Assembly (NCBI GenBank): GCA_032718475.1
Contig: JAUCBJ010004452.1
Location: 1 to 64,000 of the forward strand
Direction of reading: 5' to 3'
DNA from: Nemertoderma westbladi
Taxonomy: Eukaryota; Animalia; Xenacoelomorpha
DNA length: 64,000 nucleotides
The first letter of the stretch is position 1. Each line of letters begins with the position of its first letter. The notes below the pieces were generated by a model. The model was given only the letters and a program-made list of their open reading frames with translations. It was not told the DNA's origin and ran no database searches. Of this stretch, positions 53,440-64,000 are shown piece after piece. The translations under genes were made by a program, and so were the position numbers.

Positions 53440-53990
53440 TGTGCCCCCCGCTTCCCTCCGTGGCGCCCTCAGTGCCCACAAGTTCTACGGTACTATGTAC
53501 CCTACTACTCTGGTATGCGTACATACCCCCCAATTCCTCACGTGGCGCCCTCAGTGCCCACAGCTTCTACGGTACTGTGTACCCTACTACTACGGTATGC
53601 ATACATACCCCCCAATTCCTCATGTGGCGCCCTCAGAGCCCACAGGCTCTACGGTACTATATACCCTACTACTATGGTATGCCTACATACCCCCCAATTC
53701 CTCACGTGGCACCCTCAGCGCCCACAAGTTCTACGGTACTATGTACCCTACTACTACGGTATGCGTGCATACCCCCCAATTCCTCACGTGGTGCCCTCAG
53801 CGCCCACAAGTTCTATGGTACCATGTACCCTACTACTATGGTATGCGCACATACCCCCCAATTCCTCATGTGGCGCCCTCAGCACCCACAACTTCTACGG
53901 TACTATGTACCCTACTACTACGGTATGCACACATACCCCCCAATTCCTGACATGGCGCCCTCAGTGCCCACAGGTTCTACGGTACTTAAA
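53440..53990. repeat. 82-bp tandem repeat in the pol-ORF2 intergenic region of element A
   Basis: GTGGCGCCCTCAG at 53460, 53542, 53624, 53706, 53788, 53870, 53952; related units at 45160-45480 (B) and 62250-62460 (C). Confidence 0.92.
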
Positions 53991-54169
53991 TTAGGTACGT
54001 TGGTACATTATTGTACCCTTCCGACATACATAATTCTAACTACCTACTAATATCTACTATCTACATTACTAAGTACTTATTTTATTATTTTGCTTATTAT
54101 TTTTGTTTTTATGTGTGGGAAGGGCGTCTCGCCCTCATTCCCACCCCCCTCAGTCCAATATATTGGACT

Positions 54170-57100
54170 ACTAAACTCTAAGGCGACCCTTCCAATAGAC
54201 AACACTTTCCTACCGCCCTTCTGTAGGTCTTCCTATCTTTGGCCCCTATCTTTCCTCCTATCCTCACTTCCACCAATCTAATCCTTCCATCTTCGCCCCC
54301 CCTCAGTCCAACTTATTGGATGACTCAACAACCTAAGGGCGATTCTTCCAACAGGCAACTCTCCCACTGCACCCCTGTAGGTCCTCTTAATCTTCGCCCC
54401 ACTCTCCATGTCAATTCCAACTCTCTTGGAATTGACCTTCCCTTCTCCTCCACCCTTGAATTGGGTCTTTCCGTCACCTCACTGATCTCCTCATGGTCCC
54501 CTGGCAGCAAAATGCCACCCTTCATCTTGTCGTCGCTTGGCGGTAGAATGCCGCCCTTCATGTCATCCTCCACAGTCCCTTCATCGCCTAGAACCATATA
54601 ACCACCCCTGCTCACGGATTCTACAAACCTCCTCCACTCCTTCCTTGGTGGTTCCCTCGGATGCTTCGGTATCCCGAACTTCGCCTCGTATCCCTTTACT
54701 ACATAGCGAAAATGCTCGAGGATCGCATTGTCCAATGACGGCGTCCCATAGGTCCCAACCAGTCATCGATCGTGCATCTCCCTAAACGGGTCTTGTAGCG
54801 CATGCGCTTTGTGACCCTTTGGTAGCAGTTTGTAGTATCCTTTCGTCTTCTCCTCCGGATGCCTCTGTGTGAAGTCCACTAGTAACTCCTTCCCAGTCTT
54901 CTCCGCTCTTGGTCTAATCTTCCCACATCTTCTCCCCTCCCACCCTGTCCTCCTACTTGACCTCCTCCCCATCGGTATGCTTCTCAACTGGACTGGCGTC
55001 TGTTCCGGACATCTCTCTGGATCTCTCGCCGTTCACTCTTCTCCATCCTCATACCAATACTCGACAGGAACATCTATGTTCCATCCCATCGCCTCCAGGT
55101 CCTCCGCGTTGAACCCATTCTCCTCCGCCCACTCTATTGCTGTTGCTTCTCCTCCTGACTCATCTATCAGCGGTATTTCTATGGACTTATCCTCCACCCT
55201 TTCATCACGCCCCACTATGCATGATTCCAGATTCATACCCATCCCCAACTCCTAGTGTCCTTCCCCGGGCTGCTTCTTGTTTGGGTCCTCCCCATCACCC
55301 GTCATTGGTTTCTCCTCTATGTCCTCAATAGTACCGGACAGCATGCACCCTGATGTCTCAGACACACCAAACGGTGTCCTCGTCTTAATTGGGCCAGTGA
55401 GCATCCATCCAAATGGCGTGAGAATGGCCATCGGGTCTCACTCTCTGTCATCACCGAAAATGGTCTGTAGTCTCTCGTGGGCTGTCGGGCAATCCATGCC
55501 GATTATGAGAGATACTTTCGGGACAGCCAGTTCGGGCACGGAGAAATCGATGTTGTCCAGGTACAGGTATTGCTCGACCTCGATCTTTGTGGGTCGCCTG
55601 GCGGTAATATTAATCGATTCTATTATTCGGATGGGTTCGATGGTATCACCATAGCAGCACCCTGGTGTTATCGCTGATATCTCGCAACACCCCGTTCTCA
55701 TCCTCAAGACCTCGTCCTTACTCGAGATAGTAGTTACCGCCATTTTGCTTGGCCTCGTCCACAACCCTATCTCTTCAGCCACCCAACTTTCCGCTAGTGT
55801 GAACGCTGCTCCGCTGTCGACCAACATTAACGTCGTGACCGACCGCCCGCTCTCTCCTATTATCCACACCGGTACCACCCCGAGTAGTACCGTTCCCCTT
55901 CTCTTCGCTCCCGTGGTGCTTGTCGCCATTGTTTGGCCTCCACTTCCATGTACCTCGTCGTATTTTACTGGTGTTTCTTTGCACTCTTCGAATCTGTGTC
56001 CTCCTACCATGCATCGATGGCATAGTCCATTTATACCAGTGTAGGCTACCCGATCTTGTTTAAGCAACGCCTGCCAATGTCTGCAATTCATGGTCTTGTG
56101 GAATCCGTTTTTATGTAATTGGCATTTGTATTTTGGATTGTAGCATTCCTTGTATAGCGCTTCACATATCGTGCGTAGATTCATATCTAGTGGTTTAGTG
56201 TTTTGGTTATTTGGACTCGGCCTACTGGGGGTGTTGGGATTATATTTGTTCGTGTTATTATTTTGTTTCTGTCCCTGCCACGGTGTGGCCCTACTCCCAG
56301 CTGTCTGTGGACTACAAGTCCCCTGAGTTTCCGCGTACAGTAGTGATTGTCTTAATTTTGGTAGTGCATTCGCCGCACTGTGTTCGGGTTTAGGCCTGTT
56401 GTATTCAGCTTTCGGCACCTTCCCCAGACTGTCCTCGCTGTAGACTGGGTCTGTAATCAATTCCGCTTCATAGCTAAGGAAGTTCGACATCTCCTCCAGC
56501 CCTGGCTCCGCACCTTTCTTCTCCCGGGTGGAGAAGGCGCTCTTTCTCCACTTGTTCCTCAGCCAGATCGGTAGTGCCTGCGCTATCATAGTGATGTTAT
56601 TCGATGCATTGAGTTCGTAAGGTGCATCTAGGGTCTTTAATACAATCAGTGCCTTTTCGACTTTATTTGCGAAGGTCTTAATGCTGACAGGGTTATCCTG
56701 GAGTCCGCCTGATGTTATTCCCCTTAAGGTTTGTCGGATAATCTTCGCAGGATGCCCGAATTCCCTGTCCAGGGCTCGCCATGCAGTCGTGAATCTTCCT
56801 TCAATATATTTTGATATATATTTATATATTATTTTGTACACCAATATTAGGGTTACTACTACCGGGTAAAATATTATTTCCTGCAAGAAAGTTTTGATTA
56901 GGGTTATCTATTATGGTACTATTAATATTAACTTCACCGGATGTATTATTATGACCCCCCCCCCCCCCCCCCCCCCGGCTCGTACGGTCACACCAGTCTT
57001 GGGTCTGTCGTCCGGTACCTGTAAGTGGGGTATTAACAAAGGTTTCCATCACTTCCGGTTCCTTGTAAATACTACCCAAACCAGCCTCGCTCTCCGAAAA

Positions 57101-58307
57101 ACCAATTTCTGCCAGTTCTAACCGGCACTTTTGTTTTGCTTGATATTGTATTAACCCCCTCAGCCGGGTATGCATATCATCCCTCAAGCGTTTGCCTGCC
57201 CTCTCTCTCTCTCTCTCTATCCTCCCTCATACTCTGGTTGGCTAATTCTGTCTTCCTCGCCTCCCGCTCTCTACACTCTTTCGTTTCCCTCTCTACCCTC
57301 GCTGCCTCTCTCGCTTCTTGCTCTTTGCGCTCGTTCACTTCTCTCGCCTCACCCTCTCTAAAGTTTCTCGCCACTCTCTCGGCCCTCTCCTCACACTCTC
57401 TCGCTAATTCTCTCTCCCTCTCTAGTAACGCAGTTCCCTCAACCAACTGCCTTTCTAGTTCCTTTTGATCTAGCGCAACAATGTCTAATTAACACGCCAG
57501 ATCTATATCTAACACCCATCTTGCTTTCGCGGAGGAAGTAGCGGACTTATCGGTCGCGATGGACTCCCGTCGCCTCTCTGTCCTACTAATTTTCCCCCGT
57601 TTGCTGGGGTTCCTACTAACCGACGACACCGAATCCTTGGGGTTAACCTCGGATTCGCCGTCGTGCGGGTCTGCCCATCCCACTAACTTAATCCCCCTCG
57701 CATCCACTAAGTAAGGCCCTACGTACACTACATCCGCCTCCATCACCTCGGATCGCCACAATTCTAATAGTTCTGTGGCTACCCCCCTCGCCCTCTCATT
57801 CGCCAGTTCCCCCTGTCCAAAACGGACTAAATTGCGAAAGTGTTTATTGGACTCACCTAGCCTCTGATATAGTTTAGGCTGGTCTACCTTTCTCCCTTCC
57901 TTGGCATCCTTTAACATTCTCTTGGCAGTGTTGTACGCCCGTCGCAGGCGATCACTCGTCCCGACGTCCTCCTTGTTGACTCTACCTCCCCTCCTCGTCC
58001 GGCGTCGTACCGTCGGCCCCACCGTCGCCGATTCCGGTGGGCTGTTCGCCGCCCTCGGCCTGTGGTTGGCCGGCGACTTCGGTACTTCGACCGCTGTCGT
58101 CACCTCGCGTCGACTCCTCGTTATCTTTCCCTCCTCGTTGTCAGCCACCCTCCGCTTGGGTATCCGGACCGTCTCTTGCTGGCGAATCCGGGGTGGCGGG
58201 CCGGTATCATCTCGTCGCGGCCTCTCGGATAATTTGGTCTGTGTTGTCCGGGGTCTGCGGCGGCGTTCTTTCTCCCTCCGAAATCTGGGGCGTGTTTCGT
58301 TGTCCAC
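54170..58307 (-). pseudogene. Element A Gag-protease polyprotein, internally deleted, ending in integrase C-terminal remnants
   Basis: ORFs 57489-58307, 56822-57446 and 55438-56886 (CQLH, CHRC...GH...C, VPVWI, LVDSGA) are homologous to element B; lacks ~2.3 kb of B gag; 54170-54295 matches the integrase tail of element C. Confidence 0.85.
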
Positions 58308-58374
58308 TCATGTTTTCTCTTCGGGTCGTAATCACAGTTAGTTTGTCTTAGCTGCCTGATGGAAAGTTTTTCAC

Positions 58375-59032
58375 TGTGATGGGATCGTTGAGTTGTCAGT
58401 GAGATCCCGACCGGTTGGATTGTACGCGTCACTTTATTGCTGGGCTGCTGGGCTGCTGGTATAATATCTTTGGCCGAAGGCCGATGGGAAAACAATGTAG
58501 TTCGTTTCTCAGTATTAATAACCTCAGCGATAATAGCACAGTCAGAATAATACAGATATTACGAGTTAATCATACAACAGTATAGTAACAGCAAATGATA
58601 TATAAATGATGGTCAAAAACTATGCCGGTCTGCAACTGTGAGAAAATCAACTGACCAGTAAATCAGTAATTAGAGTAACTATATAATTGATACATATTGG
58701 TTTCAGCCCTACACTACTATGTGGCCTTTGGTACCCAATGGATGCATTCCTATGCTCCCAATCTACTTAATTGCAAGCTATTGGCTTAACTATTAATTCT
58801 CGCCTTGCCACTCCCTGTTGGAGTTACCCCCTACTGCTAGCCTCTCTAGCTGGTTTGTCCCTCTGAGGTGGTTTGACCTCTCACCTCTCTCTGTGGCTTA
58901 GGGCGTGTATCGCCCCCCCGAGTTGGTTATGAGGCGAGATTATTATTGGTAATCTCGCATCACCAACTATATTGGTAAAACGCCACTGGTTCCATTTTGG
59001 GTGGGCAATGTAGGGAATTGAATCCGCTTACA
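58375..59032 (-). repeat. 5' LTR of element A
   Basis: TGTGAT...CTTACA followed by TSD AATAC; internal side reads GTGAAAAACT on the minus strand. Confidence 0.95.
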
Positions 59033-59037
59033 AATAC

Positions 59038-60840
59038 ACTCACCAACGCGTTTTATTAATTTGTAGCTGGGAATACGAGTTTTTTTCCTCAAATTGGGGA
59101 AAGAGATAGGGGTGAAATGCATACACTCCCTCATAAGCATGACCTAGATAATACCGATGGTGCGATTTGCAGTGAAGATCTGCACTGGCTTCCCCAGCTT
59201 GTATGTATCGAAGTACAATTAACTCGTCTACACTTTCGATGTGTTGGCTAAAGAGGCAATCCCAACTAGCGTATCCTTTAAGTTGACATTAATGACATTG
59301 CATCATAAACTGACGACATACAGTGAAGATATGCTTATTATTGATGCAGCAATAAGCATTAAGGGTTGGTCTTTGAAATAAGAATAAAGTTCTTCTGATT
59401 CTGGTGAGTAGAATCTCGGCATGCTTCTCCACTAGCTGATTCATCTCATCACATTGATGTCGCTTTTCTTCTAAGAAATCAGATAGGAAGTATACGTATC
59501 TCGAATCGATATCTTTCTCCAGGTTCATATTGGGTCACTACAGGAGGGAGGAATGCGGGTTCTAGGTGCAAACATCTTTAAAGATAGCAAACCCAGCGCT
59601 AACCAGTTTCTCAGCGGCGGCGTCCCGGAGACTGAGTTTCATCAACGCGGGATCTTCAAACTGACTATCAACATTCCGAAACGGAGTCAGAAAGCACTTA
59701 AAACATTCAAACCGAATGAACTTATTAAGTCTTTATTACATTCATATTTGGAAAGTTTAGTTCCCAAGATGAGGGGATGGGAACGCATTGTTCGGCTTCA
59801 CACATTGGTTAACCATCAGGAAAGTGTGGTGTTCTGAAATATGGCATAGATGGCCAAGGAAGTATGGAGGGGAACACTTGTGAAACTATAAAATGCGCAA
59901 ATCGTGATATGCTTCTCCTCGAGCTGATTCCCCTCTTCTGTCGTCTGAGTTTTTCCCTAAAAACTCTGGGAAAGAATACACACGTTCATGATCATGATCG
60001 ATGTCATGATGGATTCGTGGTTTATCGCGACATTGTCTTTGCGCATGGAATCGAAATAAAACCATCTCAGTTTCTGTGTCTAGATGGTCCGTATTGTGTA
60101 GATCAATAGGGTGGCATGTAGTTAGGAATCCATATACATACCATTTCGATGAGTGTAGCGTGCAGTGAATTTTCGATAATCGAATTCATGCTGGAGTTGT
60201 TCTTCAGTGATCGGTGGTTCGATATAACATCCATCATCAGCTGTCGTAGGTTTACTAGCATCACCGCTTAATAAGTTATTATTTAGGCGCTTGTTGTCAC
60301 TGTCAGCCAAATGAGTTATTATATTATCTTTAATCGTCTCGAAAGTATCACTGAGGTTGACTCCAGCATCCAATATTGTTTCTGTTGGCAAAGCGGCCAA
60401 CAAATTGGATCTCATTGCTGCATTTGGGTGTCCTTCAAGCACGGCTTCCACTCGTTGGAACCATACTCTAGCGTCTTCCTCATAGAATTCTGGTAGTTTT
60501 ACCTTCTGTGGATATGAATGTGGTGTTTACGGATGAGGTACCTTCTGGCTGTTGAACCGATTGACTCTTCTGTATATGCGATGGAAGAATCTTAATTGCG
60601 TGTATTATAATTAATCAATATAATTAATCTGATTAAATTACATATTGGTTACTCTAACATCCTTCATTAGCCTCGTTGCGCTCATCCTGTTGTGTCTCAA
60701 TTTTTATTCTTGACGCAGACTCACGATCATTATAACCATGCAAAGTCTTAGTGTGTCGGTGTAACTGCTGATTTATGGAAAGTGGATACTCGTATCCACT
60801 GTGAAACTTGTTGTGTTCGTTCTGTAGAATCTGGTCACCA
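59038..60840 (-). mobile_element. Decayed Ty3/gypsy internal region, host of element A (probably continues at ~40640-41019)
   Basis: PBS-like TGGTGACC at 60833-60840; gag N-terminus KVKLPEFYEEDARVWFQRVEA at ~60445-60510; weak RT-like YVYFLSDFL at ~59480 and RNase H-like KPVQIFT at ~59180. Confidence 0.65.
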
Positions 60841-61280
60841 AATATTTACCTTACAACATTCAAATATCATTAAAATTATATTATAATTTTTTGGGAGAGT
60901 AGTCGTAACGCGACTTAGAAAGTCACGGTACAGCTACTCTAAAAGTCACATTACGGCTACTTGTCGCGTTATGGCTAATCTATTGTCTTGGTTTTACATA
61001 GGGAATCATAATTAATATTATTATATTCTATTGTGTTTGTACAGATGAGGTCCGAAATGTAAGCAGATTCAATTCCCTGCACTACCCAGTGGAAAATGGG
61101 GAAAGTGGCTTTTTACCAATTATAGTAGGGAAGGTGACATTAGTAATATAATGTCACCTAATAACCAACATAGGCAATACACATTGCCAGCCATAAGCGG
61201 AGTTGAGAGGCCATAAACCATCTCAAGGGGACAAAGGGGCTAGCAAGAAAGGATAATGGCAGCAGGGAGAGATTAATACA

Positions 61281-61955
61281 GAGAAACGCTACGGCATTAT
61301 CTTTGTTTGCAATATTACGAGGGCCATGGGGATAGAACTAGCTCAGGACGCTACGGAAAGGAGGACGCCATAAGCACCACATATGCTGGGCTGTGTAGAG
61401 TGCCTCGTCGGAAGCTCCAAGCAGCTCATGACCAAACTCATGAATAATCATATGGTCACTGAGGACGTACTAAGGACAGTTTTGGCGAAATGCGAGGGAG
61501 TTATCAACAGCTGCCCGCTGTATCCCGAGAACGACGATCCAGAATCGCTGGACGTCCTAACGCCAGCAAACCTGCTGATGGAGAGACCAGCAACGATCGA
61601 CATGCGAAACATCAACGCAGACGATATACATTCGCGTCAGAGCTGGAAGGTGGCTAAGGCGATAAGTGCCGAGTATTGGACAAGGTAGATCCAAAAGTAC
61701 CTTCCAACACTGCACAAGAGGAGCAAATGGAGGAATAACCAGAGGGAGCTTAGGAAGGGTGACTTGATAATAGTCACAGATGACACAATTATCAACAATC
61801 ACTGGAGGTTGGCTAGGGTAGTTGATTGCTACCCCGGCGAAGACGGAAGGATTAGATCCGTGGAAGTGAGGATCGGAGGAAAGATAGGGGCCAAAGATAG
61901 GAAGTCCTACAGGATGGCGGTAGGGAAGTGTTGCATATTGGAGGGATTGCCCTAA
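61281..61955 (+). pseudogene. BEL/Pao integrase core fragment and DUF5641-like C-terminus
   Basis: KRYGIIFVCNITRA, PHMLGCVECLV, GVINSCPL, LTPANLL, YLPTLHKRSKW, WRLARVVDCYPGEDGRIRSVEV; internal deletion and stop codons. Confidence 0.88.
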
Positions 61956-62949
61956 TTAGTTGAGTCGTCCAATATATTGGACTGTGGGGGGTGGGAATGA
62001 GGGCGAGACGCCCTTCTCTCACACTAAACACAAAATTATAAAAATAAAAATAAGTAGTAAGTAGTACCAAGGTACACTTTAGGTAGACATTATGTACGTC
62101 TGATGGGTACGGATGTACCAATGTACATAATATATAGGTGTAGGTAGTTACAATAACGTATGTCAGATGGGTACAAATGTGCCAACGTACCTAGTTTACA
62201 TACGCACCACAAGCTGGGTCAATGGGAACAATATTAATACGTAATACGCACTACTGTAGGCACTGAGGGCGCCACGCGAGTAGTTGAGGGGGGTATGTAC
62301 ACATACTGTAGTAGAAGGGTACATAGTACCACAGTGAGGATTAGAAGGGGTATACATTATGTATGTCTGGTGGGCACAATGTGCCAATGTACGTAATAAT
62401 ATGTGCTACTGTGGGCACTGAGGGCGCCATGTGAGGAGTTGAGGGGGGTATGTATGCGTAGTAGAATAGACCGTGTAGGCTGCATGAACTAGACTACTGC
62501 AGTGCATAGCCCATAGTACAGACTTAGGGTATTGTTACAGAGCCGGAAGACCGTCTGGTAGGAAGCTAGTACAACAATAGGAAAACTGTAGCTAGTCTTC
62601 TCTGTATACAAGTAGAAATGAATTACTTACGTAGTAATTGTGTAGCAGATAGAATAATAGCACATAGGGGGGATAATATAAAATAATAATAAAATAATAA
62701 TAAAATAAAAAAAATTATAGCAACTGAGAGGAAGGATTCCAGAATCATGATTAAAAGCAACGGACAAAATTGCAAATTAGGACCAAAATTGACACATAGG
62801 GAAATATTTTTACCAAAAACGAACGAAAAGAGCAGATAGGAGGTAGGCCATTGCTGATCGAAGCTAATTAAGATCTTATTTAGTAACCCTCTTACCTAAC
62901 TGAGCCTTTTTAAGGCACCACCAGCTTGGTAAGAGAGAGTGGATTCGTG

Positions 62950-64000
62950 ATGGTGGAGAAACTGGTGAAGAAGAGGAAGTCGGAGAAGAGCGGGAAGGAA
63001 TTACTAGTGGACTTCATGCTTAGGCATCCGGAGAACAAGATGAAGGAATACTACAAATGACTCCCGAAGGGTCATAAATCGCATGCGCTACAGGATCAGT
63101 TTAGGGAGATGCACGAGTGACAACTGGTTGGGACCTACGGAACGCCATCATTGGATAACGCGATCGACAAGCATTTTCGCTACATTGTAAAGAGGGACTA
63201 GGCTAGGTTTGGGATACCGAAGTATGTGAGGGAACCACCAAGGAAGGAGTGGAGGAGGTTTGTAGATTCCGTGGAGAGGGGCGGATACATGGTCCTAGAC
63301 GGCGAGGGGACCGTGGAGGATGACAAAGGCTCAAGAAGGGGGTCGTGAGGATCGGGTAGAACTATATTGATGCACTTAGCGGCACCGAATGGAGATATCT
63401 TTCTATTCGACCTAGGGACCTATGGGAAGAGGAGCGGGCCGAAGTTAAACCGGTTACCGAATGCGGTGCGGGAACTAGTAAGGCTGAAGACTATGGTCAA
63501 GGTAGGATCGGAGATACGAGGCGACGCGGAGAGGATTATTGGACCAGGCACCCCAAATCTTCTGGACACGCAGGTAGTCTACATGGCTATGACAAAACCA
63601 GATGGACTGGGATTGGTGGACAACACGGGACAATACGGAGCCGTGACAATGGGCCAGCTGATGGGACTCGTCTGCCACAAGCCGATGGAGTGGAACAAGT
63701 TCCGAGAGGAATACAATGCAGAGCTTGCAAACTCACTCAAATGGGGAGCAAGACCGGGGAAGGAGGAGCTATATCACTTCCGGAAGGGAGTGATAAAGAT
63801 ATATCAGAATAGATATATCTTACAGGAGGAGTGGATAATGATAGGTTTGCTAAACCTATTTATCACAGTAACTATTGGCAGGGAGCCGATGGCGTTTCTA
63901 CTGTCGGGATCAGCTCTGAGCCACAGGAGAGCCTTTAAGGTAGCCCTAGCAGGTCTTGTAGACCACCCGGGGCTGAAGGGCGAATCGGTGTATTACGATA
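62950..64000 (+). pseudogene. Element C extra ORF2: DEDDy (DnaQ-like, WRN/RNase D type) 3'-5' exonuclease-like protein
   Basis: Single frame from ATG 62950 with four stops before 63349, then open to the window end. ExoI VLDGEG (63292-63309), ILMHLAAPNGDIFLFDL, LPNAVRELV...VKVGSEIRGD (ExoII D at 63523), LLDTQ (63565), ExoIII-like QNRYILQE (63814-63828). Confidence 0.72.

Larger units (their letters stand above)
41025..59032 (-). mobile_element. BEL/Pao-type LTR retrotransposon A (non-autonomous; contains nested element B)
   Basis: TG...CA LTRs at 41025-41673 and 58375-59032; 5-bp TSD AATAC at 41020-41024 and 59033-59037; PPT GGGGGGAG on the minus strand at 41674-41681; Pao-like gag and LVDSGA protease. 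Confidence 0.93.
61058..64000 (+). mobile_element. BEL/Pao family element C, internally deleted, runs off the window
   Basis: TGTAAGCAGATTCAATTCCC start homologous to the LTR of A; ~215 bp of LTR fused directly to integrase; then intergenic repeats and ORF2. Confidence 0.85.

Noticed and set aside
53361-54050. Three overlapping plus-strand ORFs
   Set aside because: All three frames are open across the 82-bp tandem repeat; repeat artefact.
61042-61060. Hammerhead-like CAGATGAGGTCCGAAA
   Set aside because: Core is not CTGA, there are no supporting stems, and it abuts the element C LTR start.

Overview
Eukaryotic (probably invertebrate) repeat-rich DNA with no recognisable host gene. 1-1.5 kb: a tRNA-derived SINE head and a ~63-bp tandem array interrupted by a fold-back element whose loop holds a Pol III-type tRNA-like segment and a degenerate hammerhead ribozyme. 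2.8-32.8 kb: a ~30-kb 49-bp satellite with higher-order structure; it generates all the FQPHTQHCSNS-type ORFs, which are spurious. 33-40 kb: minisatellites, MITE-like inverted repeats and a 5'-truncated RTE-type LINE. 41-64 kb: nested LTR retrotransposons. A solo LTR and a polyA retroposon lie inside BEL/Pao element B (43960-52659), B lies inside BEL/Pao element A (41025-59032), A lies inside a decayed Ty3/gypsy element, and a third family member C starts at 61058. Main observations: (1) the family carries an extra ORF after pol that reconstructs to ~850 aa with a DEDDy 3'-5' exonuclease-like domain and CCHC knuckles; (2) A and B lack a tRNA PBS and instead have PBS-position sequences complementary to, and co-varying with, a site in their own LTR, suggesting self-priming; (3) A and B are non-autonomous Gag-protease-only derivatives with a conserved structured RNA next to the PPT. 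All counts and alignments were done by eye.
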